Shown here: positions 11,315 through 24,529 of the stretch, piece after piece | Layout: each line of letters opens with the position of its first letter | Numbering within the stretch: position 1 is the first letter of the stretch | NCBI GenBank assembly: GCA_028534125.1 | Contig: CM052816.1 | Location: forward strand, 13,022,001 to 13,086,000 | Source: Lama glama | Taxonomy: Eukaryota | DNA: 64,000 nt | Direction: 5' to 3' | Position numbers and translations under genes: made by a program | Notes under the pieces: model-generated | Seen by the model: only the letters and a program-made list of their open reading frames with translations | What the model was told of the DNA's origin: nothing | The model's database searches: none

Positions 11315-12910
11315 TTGTATACTTTTTAAATGTTTTATGATGAAAATCGTCAAGCATGCTCAAAGAAGCAAGAGTGAGTTAACGATCTTCATATACCCAC
11401 TGCCCGCCTTCAACAGTAATCAACATTATGCCAATCTCGTGTCAGGAAGCCTCACGTGTTATGGGCGAGGAACGTGACTGGAGCATCTAAGGCAAACTTT
11501 AGACATTGTGTCAACCGTAAGGACATAAACACTTCAGTCTGCATTTTTTAATGAAGGAAAATTTTACATAGTTATTATGCTATTATCACTCCTATAAAAT
11601 TAACGATTCCTTAATACCCTCTAAATACCTAATTTCCCAAGTTGTTTCAAAGATAAATCAGGACGAAAACATGGCCAAAATATGCATTTGGGGGTTTTGT
11701 TTCCTGAGTCTCTTCCTCTGCTTTTGATTTGCTGGAGGAATTGCCATCCGTCCTGTAGAGTGTTACACATTCTGGGTTTGTCTGACTGCTTCCTTGTGAG
11801 ATCCCTCCCTGTCCTGCCACCCATAGTTCTTCTAGATGGTGGCTGGAGTAAGGGGCTTGATTAGATTCTAGTTTGTGGTTTTACACAAGCCTGTTTCGTA
11901 GATGGCTTTGTGTACTTTCTATTATACTACGTGCTGAGGCAACGTAAGGTCTATTTGTCCCACTTTAAGGGACTGAAGGGTGGATTTATATGCTTTCAAG
12001 CCCAATCCCTCGTTTATAAACTTTTCCCAGCAAATTTTCAGGTCATTTTAGCATTGCTCACCCCCATTACTTAACTAAGATTGCAAAATGGTGACTATCT
12101 CAATCTCTCAATCTTTTTTGGCTGGAATTCTTCTATGAAGAACTTCCCCTCGTTGACCATTTGGTTCCCCTGAAATACAATAAAGGCGAGATAAATCCTT
12201 CATTACTTTATTTATCCATTTTCAGAGCAATACGTGGTACCCTAGAAACAGAGTTTGTTTTTTTTAATAGATTATGTGTTTGATAGTTTTCAGCCTGTTG
12301 TGATTGTTTTTTTAAACATTTTTTATTGATTTATAATCATTTTACAATGTTGTGTCAAATTCCAGTGTTCAGCACAATTTGTGCTGAATGTTGTGATTGT
12401 TCTTTCTGACATTGGCACCGTCCCGGATCAACAGTGGGGTCACCTTATGGCTGGCTCCTGTGTCTGTTGACATAATCCCTCTTAGTGTGTTGGCTTCCTT
12501 GCTGACGAGCCCAACACGGTTTCCCAGGATTATCTCTTTCACCTCCTGTTTCAGACCTAGCCTCAGCTCTTTCTGAGAACTCTGGTTCCTCTTAGAGCGC
12601 TTGGAGACCACAATCTGCACGCTAGGGTTGCTTATCACTCCTGGATGATCATTGCCTCTAAGCCTCTGCCATAGACAAAGCTAAGACATAAAAATTGAGA
12701 GAGAAAAAATTCATGAGTTCCTATTGAAGTTTCCAAATAATATTTAAAAGTTTTTTTTTTCCCTTTGGTTTTATGCTCTCATGTGTTTCCTTTCATGCTG
12801 AAAATCTGGGTTCTTAACAACAGTAACATGACTTGTTTTATTTTACAAAGTATCTATAATAACTTGAAGACAAGTTTATAATATTACCACTGACGACTGC
12901 TGAATACAAA
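11315..12910 (-). mobile_element. Ancient L1MC-type 3' region
   Basis: 'ttttatgatgaaaatcgtcaagcat...ttcaacagtaatcaacattatgccaatctc' and 'gattgcaaaatggtgact...ggaattcttctatgaagaacttccc'. Confidence 0.7.
12309..12388 (-). mobile_element. Young camelid L1 3' stub with 13-bp TSD, nested in L1MC
   Basis: Minus strand reads 'ttgtgctgaacactggaatttgacacaacattgtaaaatgattataaatcaataaaaaatgtttaaaaa'. TSD TGTTGTGATTGTT at 12296-12308 and 12389-12401. Confidence 0.9.
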
Positions 12911-13164
12911 ATATTGTTCTGTTTTGTTTAGAGAAAAGGCAGCATTGGCAACACACATGGATTAATTTGAGAAGCGATTCATGTGTACCACACTCTCAAT
13001 TTGCCATGTCCCATTAACATGAAGTGTATCAGTCTCAAGATTTGGGTATTTGCTTTTTAGAAGACTTTGCCAAGGTATATGAAGCTGAAATTTAATTTGT
13101 CCTAATTGTTGGGGTCTCACTCCACTGCCCTCTAGCCCCACCTGATAACATGACAACACACACA

Positions 13165-13560
13165 CCACAAGGGTAGGGCCATGTCTTTTACTCACCAACA
13201 TAGCACGCAGCCCCAGCACAGTGATTATAGTACGCATGCGTACGTGAATCAATCATGCTACATGTTTTAGGGGAAGTCACTGAAAGGGAACGTTTCTCTC
13301 CCCATGTGCTGATGTAGTCATTAGTGATAACACAATAGCCACCTATTTCTTCAGATTCTCTACCATCGTTTTCTGGTGTTATTTATGGACTAAGAATTAG
13401 AAAGGCTCTTAAAAGCCTAATTTAATCCCTTCATTTCTCAAATGAGAAATTGAGCTAGCCAGAGACTCGGCAATGTCCCCCAAGTCACCCGGCTAACACC
13501 TGGCAGAGCCAGAATTAGGACCCTGAGCTCTTCTTTCCTGGTCTGGGATGCTTTCTACTC
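13165..13560. mobile_element. L2 3' end (+, about 13165-13260) and MIR (-, about 13415-13560)
   Basis: 'agggtagggccatgtcttttactcacca...cagcacagtg' and 'ttcatttctcaaatgagaaattgag...cccaagtcacccggctaa...ggcagagccagaattagga'. Confidence 0.6.
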
Positions 13561-14849
13561 GGTTACACGGTGGCTTGCTTTCACACCCATCCCGACATCC
13601 CCTCTGGACTAGCAGTGCTAAACAAACCGGGTGAAAGTTGAGCAGCTTAGATTGTTCCCTTTCAGAAGGTTTGAATGCATTCTCTCTCGTTCGGCCCAGA
13701 TCAGTGTTAAATTCAACATGGCTTGCTGTTGTCTTGTTCTAACTGAAGACATTAGGAGTGATTGAACACGTTGCCACAGACATAGTTTTGTCCACCTCTA
13801 ACCTCAATTTGTATTAGAATGCAAAATCTGATACTAGTGGAAACAGTAATAAATTATTACCTTGTCTAACCCAGGAAAAATTCACTGAATTAAAAAACCG
13901 TTTGACCGACATCTACAGACTTCATGCTTTCTAATTTTATACTTCAGATAAAAACTCAAGTTTGCTTATTAATCTTTGTTCCTGATTACCAATTGTCATC
14001 TGACTTCACAGCTTAATAGAGGACTGGCTGTTCTCGCTCTTCATTCATCAGGTCCAAGTTGAAACATCTGATCATTATTAAGATGCCTTATAGACAGAAT
14101 GGTTCCTTTGCGGTTCCAGCCCAGAAACAGCTCAAAACCCCTCTTAAATCATGAGAAATTGAGCAACGTGGTGACTGCCTGTTGTGCTGCGCTTGTTTCT
14201 GCATTTGAGTTTTTAAATCCCTTTACTAGGTCTTTATAGAAGAAAATACCAAAACTTTTAAGTCACTTTTAAATACAGATTACAGACCAATTATATGCTA
14301 ATTTGGTGATGCTAAAATTTGAACGGTAATGAAAGTGGCCATGGTGTATAAGAAATACAGACTATTCTTTAAAAATTAAATTCCATCTATAATACATCAT
14401 ATTCAGGTGCTTGTTTTTATTTCAGTTTCCTCTAATGTCTCAGCAACTCAACCTCTTCCAGGTAATAGAGCATCATGGAAATTTCATCACTTCTGCTATC
14501 GCTACAACACCATATTTATTACTAGTAGATCTTTACTGGATTTTTCTTTATTATAAAATATATCTCTTAATTAAAGCATACACATATACAGAAGTTTTGT
14601 CAGTCATGTTGCTTGGAGAATTATTATTTATCTTGGGGAAAAAAACCATATTTCAAAAATGTACCCAGTTGTAGGTTTTTGAAGTGGATGTTTTTGAAGA
14701 GAGATTACTTTAGTCTTTAAAAGCCAGCTTGCCATCGAAGTATATTTCACAAAGACTGGAGTTTATTTCATTCAGATAAGAGAGGGCTTGGATGGCAAAA
14801 TCCACATTTGCAGCAAGCTCAGCCTTTATCCAAAACAATACTATTACAT

Positions 14850-15987
14850 GAATCATCCTTGTTTGAAAAGTACAGTGCAGCCAAGTAGGAAAACTCTTTT
14901 TAATAAGAAAGCAGTAAATATGCATGACAAAGAAAAAGGTCAAATAATATGTAAAGATACAAAAGGCAGATTGCTTCCTTTCATAACTCCCAATTCCCCA
15001 GCCCCAATAATCAGAGATAACTCGTTAATAGTTTCTTATATGTTTTTGTGGAAATAGTGGATGCATATACAAGCATATATTTGGTGTCTTATTTCAACAA
15101 ATAGAATAATACTAATTTATTTTTGCTTCTTAAATATAATATATACCTTGGGCATCTTTCTATGTTAATACTTCTAAAACTGTAGGTATGTTCCTTGTCC
15201 CCTGTTGATGGCTATTTAGGTTGTTTCTGGTTTGGCAGAAATGTTGAAGTGAAATATATGTGTCAGATAGGCAGATTTTACTTTGCTGGGTCAAGGAATA
15301 TGCGCATTTAAATTTGACATGTATTCCCAAGTTGCTTTCCTGGGGAGTTTGTATGAATTTGTAGCTCTACGAGCAGGGTCTGAGATGGCCTGTTTGTCCA
15401 CACTCTTGACCACAATGTATACTATTAAATATTTTCATCTTTGCCAATTAGACTGGTGAAAAACAATATCTTATGCTTTCAGTTGTTTTACCTTTGAGTA
15501 AGTTGAATATCTGTTTATGTTTATAAGCCATTTATGTTTCTTTGTTTATAGACTGAAAGTTCATGTTTTTCCCCAGTCCCATTTTTCTTTGCATAATTGA
15601 TCTTCATCTCCTTATAAGAGCTCTTTTAATATTAAAAAATTAGCTACTTCTTATGTGTATTGAAAACGCTTTTCCCAATTCTAGTTTCTGTTATGCAGAA
15701 GTTTTTGTTCTTTTGTTTTTGATGATTTAAGTTTATCCTTTATATCTTGTCTGCCTTTTGTATCCAATATCTTGCTTAAGAAAAACTTCACCACTCTAGG
15801 ATTTTCTTTTCTTGTTTTCTTGTAGTACTTTATCAGTTTCGCTCTTTTAATACATGTGTTTAAGTCTTTGAGCTGTCCAATGGGAAGAGTGCGACAGCCT
15901 TAATCTGTTCTCCAAGTGGCTAGTGATTTCAGAACTCCTTATTTGAATAATCCAAGTTTTCCTCTTCAGTTTGAAAAGTCTTTCTTT

Positions 15988-16029
<42 letters not shown>

Positions 16030-16850
16030 ATATATAAATATGAGTCTACTTGGACATTTACAGTTATTTCTAGACTCTGTGCCATTGTTGTTTGCCTATG
16101 CTAGAACAAAACTGTTTAATTGCTGTAGTTTTTATTTTTAATCTCTCTATGAATTGGTCAAGTCACTAGATCGCCTATTTTTTAGATTTTAGCTCTTTAA
16201 ATTTAACCTTCATTTGATTTCATTTAGTTTATTTTTCCATGTGTACTCTCAAACCAGCTTGTCAAGTTCTGGGGGTAAAAATAGAAGAGCGTGAGCAAGC
16301 AAGAGACAGACAGAGACAGAAGACTTACTATTGCGATTAAGATCACTTTTAATCAAGATAGTGTGAATTAATATCTCTACCATATTAAGTATTTCTGCCT
16401 AAGATGATGGTATGATTTCTATTTCTTCAAGTTTTCTTTTTGAGAATAGAGTTTTAAAGTTTTCTTTTTATATCTTAAATATTTTTCTTAAGTTTATCTG
16501 ATACATTTATTTTTTGTTATTTTTATAAATGGGATATGTCTGATTCTTATATAGGACAGTCTGATTCATTTATAGGACTATAAATGACTTCTCTTGGGGC
16601 AAGTTATATCTACTACTTGATAACAATTTTTATTGAATCCTGAAGTCTTTCAAATGGCATTTTGGAACCTGTGCAAAAGTGATCAAATGGGTTTTCTCCT
16701 TTGACCTATTACTATGGATAATGATATTAATAGATTTATTGTTGTTGAACCATCCTTGCATTACTTGAACATAGCCTATTCAACTGGGATATATTATGAT
16801 GTAAATGTTCTGCTTGGTTCTATTTGCTAATGTCTTAGTTGAGAACAATC
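14850..16850 (-). mobile_element. Ancient L1ME-type element (3' UTR and decayed ORF2)
   Basis: 'cccctgttgatggctatttaggttgtttct', 'catctttgccaattagactggtgaaaaac', 'gttgaaccatccttgcattacttgaacata'. Confidence 0.75.
15991..16026. repeat. (AT)18 microsatellite
   Basis: Perfect dinucleotide run. Confidence 0.95.
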
Positions 16851-18599
16851 TCAACTTTTCAGAACAAGCAAGCGTATCTGTTTTACCCTCTGCTTTATAC
16901 CCAGCGCATAATACCTAGCTCTGTGTCCAAAGCAGAGGAATTTCTCAGTAAATATTTGTGAAAAAGCAGGGTGGCTCCATGAGTCATTTGATTTGATTCT
17001 CTCCTGACTCTTCTGGTCTGTTCTAGAAAGAGAATCTGTGACTAAGAGCAGTGTAAAGGTCAATGAGTTGGTCATGTGAGGCTACATCCAGGTCCTTTGA
17101 AAAATTCTTGTGTGTTCACCTGATCGTTTGATTACTCATAAGCTTAGGTCCGTTCACCCCTGTTTTGACTAGACATGTTTTTCTCCTTGAGTAATCTTCC
17201 AGACATCAGCAAAGACATCTCTGACATGAGCAAGGCTAAGTTTTCAGTACAAGCTGTTTTGCATTATTGTGAGGCACTGCTAGGGTGTCTGGCCTGGACC
17301 AAACCCATGCGGAGCTGAGAGAGGAGCTTGAGCCTGACCTGGCAGATGCTGGTGTTGGCTCAGTGGCCACAGTTTAATTGGCCTAGCTATGACCTGGCCG
17401 GGGTTCCAGGCACCAGCCCAGAAACCCCACCAATATAATTTCTGTAGGCGCCTTTTTTTCACTCTCGCCATTAGTTTCCAACAACAGCTAGTGAAATCCT
17501 GTCCTTTGGTGGCTCTGTGAGCATCTCCATTAACATCTCCAAAGAGCTCAGTGGCCTGGCTGTGCAGACCAGTTCTCTATATAAGGTCACATGTGGAAAC
17601 CAGAAGGTTAGAAGGAAGATAAAACCAAAGGTTGCTTTGTGTCAAAACACTTATGATGACTGACGTTGCAAATGAGCAGTGACTAATTATGACCAGTCTG
17701 CGCACTTGCAGTTACGCTGTTACTCCCTCAGTTTCCTTTATACTGTTGCATTTTCCCCCAGCTTTTCCTCATAGCTTCTGTCTTATGGTCACAAAATTGA
17801 CTCAAAATCTCAAAAACTTCCATATGTCTCCTTTTTGCCTTTTTCTAATGTTCTGCATTTCTATCTAATTAGCCTCTTTTGGTGATTCTTGTGGCCAGTT
17901 ATAGCTACTATTTGATTTCAGGCAAAACCCATGCGGGTCTTGTACCCAAATAGGCAATACTCTAATTACACTGACTGTCCAGTTGATAATTCTGTTTCAA
18001 GGTAAATACAACCTATTGTTTGTTATTTCTGTTTTAATAGATAACATATTTAAGGAACTCAGATTAAAATACTAGATTATTGGCTTTCACATCATCGACT
18101 CCCTTGAAGCTAGTATAGGAACAATTCACACTGCTAAAAAAAAAATGGAGAGGTTATTTGATAGCCTAGTGCAATGCTTACTTCCTTTCTAGGTAGAGAA
18201 CCACACAAATTCTAGGGCAAGTACCTTTATAACCTAGAATATTCTGAAATGTAGCTTTGTTGACATCTGTTGGGGGACTTCAGAAGTTAAGCCTTTCTCT
18301 CTAAGATCAAAGTAAATGCATTAGTGAGTTGGTTATTGGTTATATGGGACTACTTCGTATGCTTCCCATAAGATCTTCAATTCAGGCAGGAACCATAACA
18401 AGCAGATGATCCCTATCGAATCACTCCTGCTTCAAAGATGATGCCTTGCTGTATGCGTCCAACTCTCACTTTTTCCACATTATATAATCCTCTCTGTTCC
18501 CCAGCACTTCCATGCAGCCATCACATAAGTGGAACCAGGAGTGTGGCTTGGTTAGAGCTTCATATTGATATCGATAGACTACAGAATAGCAGGTCCCTT

Positions 18600-18612
18600 G
18601 TTGCCTAGCAAC
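18600..18612. promoter_or_regulatory. RFX X-box motif
   Basis: GTTGCCTAGCAAC matches GTNRCC-N0-3-RGYAAC exactly, in apparently non-repetitive sequence. Confidence 0.5.
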
Positions 18613-19049
18613 CAAGCAAAGTGCCTCAGCCGACTGACCTCAGTACGGGTACCACTTGCACAAATGCAGCTCCATCATTGAATGGATTGTTGTTGTCTTG
18701 TTCCTGATGATCCCCGGCCGTATATAATGCCTTCAACCCACCTGATGAGGCATCTGATTGAATGTAATGATTGTGCTGTCTTTTTCCCCTCATCGTCTGA
18801 AGTTTAATCATAGAAAGTACCATAAACTAATCCACATACCCTCATTTACTAACTCTGTTGTCATTGGATCTTGGACCAGACAGCATGCTATAGAGTCACT
18901 GACAGAGAATGAGACATCATTTGCTTGACATCCTAAGTAGAGGCACTAAAATCTACCCAGTGCAGGTGTTTGGTTTTTTGGGTTATTTTTCTTGCTATCG
19001 ATTTTATTTCATAATTTTCAACCAAGTTACATTTCCACAACAACAAGAA

Positions 19050-19255
19050 CGATTAACTTGCTTACTCTGCACCAAGCATTTAGCATATGTTATCCTTTCT
19101 AATCATTCCAACAATACTATGGGGAAGATATTAATATTATCCCATTTTTAGATAGGAAAGATGAAATTTAGTAAGAATTTGCTATTGAGACAACCATAAA
19201 TGTAGGTAAGTTACAGAGCTGTGGCTCAAACACAGATTTGATTCTAAAGTAACTG
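19050..19255 (-). mobile_element. MIR SINE
   Basis: 'ctaatcattccaacaatactatgggg...attatcccatttttagataggaaagatga'. Confidence 0.7.
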
Positions 19256-19266
19256 TACGTTATAGC

Positions 19267-19373
19267 GGGGAGCATCTAGTTCAGAGGCAGAATGTATGAT
19301 TAGCATGCACGAGGTCCTGAGTTCAATCCCCACTACCTCCATTAAATAAGTTAATAAATAAATAAACCCAATT
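19267..19373 (+). mobile_element. Camelid tRNA-derived SINE (vic-1 type)
   Basis: 'ggggagcatctagttcagaggcagaatgtatgattagcatgcacgaggtcctgagttcaatccccactacctcca' plus a (TAAA)n tail; degenerate Pol III A and B boxes. Confidence 0.85.
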
Positions 19374-19472
19374 ATAATAATAATTATAATTCTTGTATAA
19401 TTATTAAATATTATATTTAATATATATAAATATATTATAATATGTAATATAATATAATATACCTAATAATAC
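19374..19472. repeat. AT-rich low-complexity tract in the SINE tail
   Basis: About 100 bp of almost only A and T. Confidence 0.85.
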
Positions 19473-21032
19473 CATGACCTTCCCTAAAGCAGAGAGGCGA
19501 GTGAGTCTGGGAGAGGCAACGGGGAGAGAAAGGGAGGGAGTCCCACACTGTGCTGTCTACCCAGCCCATCTACAAAACCCAAGTTGGCCGGCACGTCTCT
19601 GATCCACTTTATTGTGCCAAGGACAATATCCAAACTGTGCAGCCACACTAACTGAGCGTACTTATTTCTCTTGTGAATCATTACGGTTTAAATTGGAATG
19701 AAAATTATCCTGGGAACACCAGCTCTGTTACTGTGAAATCATTTGTGCTTGACTCACTGAAGGAGGCTTAAAGGTCCCAGAGCTATGTGATTAACATGTA
19801 TGTTCCAGCCTTTCTACCCCTGCTGCCTGGCCGTGGGAGAGCAGAACAGCAAAAGGTGTCATGATATCCCAGGGGCCAGGGAATGCCCTTGGTTACTTTG
19901 CTGGCTTGGAATGGGGGAGCCAGATAATCAAGCTTATTAAAGTTATTTGATACAAAACCAAAAATGGTTTCTGGGTGAGATCTAAGGAACTCCCTTATTA
20001 GTCAAGTGTCCAAAGTTCACGGTGTGGACTCAGTGACCTCTGTTTTGTTGCTCAAAGAATTTTTATGCTTATTTCTGGATTCTCCTTATTGATTTAAGAC
20101 CAGTGGTTCCAGATAGGCTCCTCAGTTCATAGGAGCTTCTAAGAGATGCTCAAAGGGCTTCTAGGGGTTCAGGGCTGCGGTGGGGGAAGCTCCAGGTCCC
20201 CACTACAGCCAGACCATCAAGCAGCTGCTTCTCTCTGTGTTTTGTGAAATGGGTTTCTGCTGGGGAATACTTGTTGTTTCACCGTCTTTTGGGGGGTGAG
20301 TGTACCCCTGATGTTCTAGAAGTCCACCACTCCCAGTCCTCTGCCAAAGGCAGGAATGAGTGTGAATGAGAAACAAGCCCAATCAGGGTCTCTGAACCAC
20401 CTCATCCCAGAGGTAGTCCGGAAAAGGGCACTTGACCTGCTTAGGCCAGTGAGCCCTGGGCTGTCCCAGGCCCCAGTCTAGGCCCCTCCCTTTCTGGCTC
20501 TCTGATACGGCATCTCTACAGCCTCAGCTTCTTCATCTACAAACTAGAGATGATGCTCTTTAGACTTAGAATGGCGCCTGTCAAGTAGTATACATTTTAC
20601 AAAATATGAGCTATTATTTATGAACCTGTGAGGACAATTCATTGCTGGGTTTTGCTTGATTCTTCGTAAGTTTTCCATTTAACAGTCCTTTATAACAGCC
20701 CCTTCCTCCCAAATAAAAATAGCAGCGTTCATTTTCAAGCCAGCTATCACCCCACCAACCAAATCCCTGCCCAGTTTGCTTTCATTTCTCTTCTAGTCCT
20801 TCTCATCGCTATTTTTGATAGTGTGTGCAAGAGGGACCTGGAGAAAGCTTGCCTTCCGGTGACATTTGGTGCCTATAATACCGCACCTCCCGATGTGATG
20901 ATGTCTCCATCTTTTCATGCACCTCCACCCTCAGGATGAACTGCTCCACGTGTAGCATCATTTTGCAGGTGTCAGCACGGTTAGGTACTGTGTTCACTTC
21001 CCTGGCTGAAATTCCACCTCTTTCTAGCCTGA

Positions 21033-21563
21033 CTTTTTTTTTGTTTTTGTTTTATTGAAGTACAGTTGCTTTACAATATTAGTTTCAGATGTACAACATA
21101 GTGATCCAATATTTTTATAGACTACACTCTGTTTACAGTTATTATAAAATACTGGCTGTATTCCCCATGCTATGCAATATATCCTTGTGGCTTATTTATT
21201 TTATACACAGTAGTTTGTAACTTTTGATCCCCTACCCATATCTTGCCCCTCCCCTCCTCCCTCTCCCCACTGGTAACCTCTCGTTTGTTCTCTGTATCTG
21301 TCAGTCTATTTCTGTTTGGTTATATTCATTCATTTGTTTCATTTTTTAAGATTCCACATATAAGTGATAACATGCAATATTTGTCTTTCTCTGTCTTATT
21401 TCACTAGGCATAATACCCTCCAGGTCCATCCATGTTGTTGCAAATGGCAAAATTTCTTTTTTTTATGTACGGTTGAGTAGTATTCTGTTGTGTAAATACG
21501 TCTGTGTATATATATATGATATATATTTACATGTAGTATATAGATATGTATGCCACATCTTCT
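21033..21563 (-). mobile_element. Cetartiodactyl-type L1 3' end
   Basis: Poly-T then 'ttattgaagtacagttgctttacaatattagtttcagatgtacaacatagtgat...agattccacatataagtgata...caggtccatccatgttgttgcaaatggc'. Confidence 0.9.
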
Positions 21564-22529
21564 TAGATATATCCAGCATTACTTTGAACCTACTTCAGTT
21601 TTCCCCTCTGCACATTTTTCAGGGCCCTTCCCCCAGCTTTTTGATTGCAAGCAAGTTGAGGGGTCCTTACTATTACCCTGCCTCAGAGATTTCCAGGGCA
21701 GGAAAAAAAAAAAAAAAACAGAAGCCCTTTGAAGACAAGGGCCCTTCCTGTCTCAGAAAAGTTGAAGTTCTCTGAGGAGATGGTGCTAAAGATCCTCAGA
21801 AATGAAGAGGGGCAGATGGAGGAATGCTTTTGAGAATGAGGTAAATGGAAGGAGATAGGTCTTTGACCCTGGAGAGGGGAAAGTCAGATGGCCATGGAAA
21901 AGCCCGAATTCAGTGCCGCACATTGACCCCACCTTGAGGAGTTGGTAGGACTTGGGAGGGGAGGGCTGCCTGGAACACCTGAGGAGGCCAACCCTGGGCC
22001 AGTGTTCTCCAGCCTCGGCACAGTTCCCATGCCGCGAGTGAGAGACAAAAATCGACTACCAGACTGGAAGAGAACTCGAGGACTGGATGATGAGGATGTC
22101 AGCAGCAAGTACGACACACGGCTGACCGGACATGATTTTAGCCCCTGCGTTACCCATGGAAGGGGAGGGCCCTTGCCATGACTGAGGTTAGCCTTCCTCC
22201 CATGCTGGCTGGTAGGACAGGCACTGAGGATCAGACTTTAACTGAAATAAAGCCAAGTAAAATCATGGGGCCTGCACACAGCTGTACACTGAAGTGTGTG
22301 TTGAGGTTCATATGCACACATCAGCGACCACAGCCTGCTGAGAGGTACTAATGTGTGTGGGCACTTCAATGAAGGGCTGCACCAGAGAAGGCCCCAGCCA
22401 GGGAGGTGGACACACAGTGCCTCTTGAAGGCAAAACATCTTCATCTGAGGTCCTAGGACTGGCCTCCAATCTGGGTAGGAGTGCTAATCGCCAAAATACA
22501 TCCTTCAGAAAAAAAAAAAAAATCCCTTC

Positions 22530-23760
22530 CTTACCCCCGGGGAAATTCATCCAACATCATCCATCTGGAATTTTCTGAAGCCAAACCCACTAGTCAATGT
22601 CAAAACCAGAATGAGAGGAAACTTTCTGAAGAAGCACCCTCCCATCCTCTTCTGTCACAGGTGAAAAATGGCCAGCTTTGTTTTCTTTGCTTGTGAAGGG
22701 AAAAAAAAAAATAAAGACGTCAAGACAGATCACGATGCTTAGTCTCAAGTATCCTCACTTCCAGATGCCTTTACAGTTCCCAAGCTGTCCCATCAAACTG
22801 AGTTACAACTCCATTAAAATGCCACAGCCAATATTTTGTGTCTAATCCCCTAATGCTCCAGTCCCTGGCTGTCAGCAGACACAGCAGGAAACTCCCCGAT
22901 CTGGAGGGTTTGGTTTGGGTTTATTTTGGCCTGGGAAAGAAAGGAGAAGTAAGGAAAAGAGGAGAGACTCAGAGAGAACACTAAGGGCCGGCAGTCAGTG
23001 CGGAATTATGAGCCTTATTAATTCAGACCGTTTCTTGGGCAGGTGGCCTTTGGGTCACTAGCAGTTGGGATGGGCAGACAGGCTGGGGCCCCGAGAAGTG
23101 CTGTTTTAAAGGACAGATGTGACCAGGCGGGAAAGGAGCACCCATTAGCCACCAAGTGGAGGAAATAAAACCTGTTAACCCCAGCAGCTCCTTACTGGGG
23201 AGAGGGGGAAAGTGGCCCCAGGGAGACTCAACCCAGCAGGTCCTACCCAAGGACAATTACGGATGCAAGTATTTATAAACCTGGTGGGTGCTCAGCGCTC
23301 TTCAGAGCACTCAATGCACATTACGGGTCCCCAAATTAAGGTGAGTGAGTCCGGCGTCTGCAATTCCCTGACCTGCAAGGATAAAAGGAAAGAAACTGTC
23401 ACACAAGGGTCATTTCCCCCCCTCCCCATTTTGTGCTGATAAATCTCCATCAAACATGCCTTGTTTTCTGGTGCTTAATGTCCCCTTCCTGGAGGCAGGT
23501 GGCTTTGTAGGTGGGCAGTTCGTGATCCAGGGCTTTCCATGGGAAGGAATCGGAGAAGGAGCAGGAGGAGGAAGGGGGAGGATTGGAAGTTCCCACTTGA
23601 TGTTATTCCTCTCTGCCCAACTGTCTAAGAGTAAAGGATGTGCTCCAGCCTCTTTGCAGCTGGAAAATAGTGCGTTGCCCTCTGCGTGTAAAGGTGGGCT
23701 GGGCGGGTAGAAGAGCAGCCAGGGGGCGGTGCCCTGTGGGGAAAGGCAGCTGGCCTCCTT
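22530..23760 (+). promoter_or_regulatory. Candidate NF-kB-responsive promoter/enhancer with a TATA-like box and splice donor
   Basis: kB consensus GGAAACTCCC 22887-22896 and GGAAGTTCCC 23585-23594, near-matches at about 22540 and 23529. TATTTATAAA 23270-23279, AAG|GTGAGT at 23340/23341, two GGGCGG boxes near 23700-23730. Confidence 0.4.
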
Positions 23761-24529
23761 GAGGTCTCTGGCTTTCCTCTGAGCACCACCATGATTTTTT
23801 TTTAAAGGAAATACAGAATATTCAGAGTCTGAATTATTCAGGGTTTACTGGAGGGACAAATCAGATCTTCATACGTGGCCAAAAACCACAGGGATTGATA
23901 ACACAGAAAACTGGGACCTTGCAGTTGGTGGGAGATGTCTTTTCTGGGCAAAGAGAAGTGGGGAAGGAACTGAAAACTCAGCCCGGACTCTTGAGGAGAA
24001 ACCGTGAGCTGTTGTGTACGTGAGTCAGGAGGAGACCACAGGAAAGCAGGGGAAGATATCTAGCTGGAATACCTGGTCACGCACACTGGGAAAACATGAC
24101 AAGCTTGTGACAAGAGGAATAGCGGCTCCATCCAAAAGTTACAAGTCCTAAAATTGCACAGGCTGAGAGCAAACGAGATCCTTTCCTGAGCTCACTGACA
24201 AGGTTCAGAACGGGTGGTTGTCCGTCATACGCAGTGATTGTCATAATGGCTTACGACTCTTAACGCCTCCACATCCTGCCCACGCTCCCCCTGAGGTCCC
24301 GAGAGCCGTGCTCTCTTTCCAGCTTAATCTCCAGCGCGATGTGCCTGGTGATGCATTGTCTGAGATCCAGCGCACATTATGAACAGTGTAATCATAAAAT
24401 ACGAGAGGTTGGGATAATTGAGAATCAGAGTACAGTAATGGCTCTATTGTTTAAAAATAAAAAAACAAAAAAAACCCCTCAGCATTGACAACCAAGAAGT
24501 TAGCTGGCTTGAGTCTAAAGTTTGGTTAA

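Noticed and set aside
16538..16578. 21-bp-period duplication (also short duplications at 44607-44638 and near 40936)
   Set aside because: Two-copy local slippage with no spacer structure; not CRISPR-like or otherwise informative.
18703..18758. C/D-box snoRNA-like arrangement (TGATGA...CTGATGA...CTGA)
   Set aside because: Too short, box C lacks the leading purine, there is no terminal stem, and I recognise no rRNA-complementary guide.
19267..19341. tRNA gene
   Set aside because: Degenerate A and B boxes, broken stems and a (TAAA)n tail identify it as a SINE.
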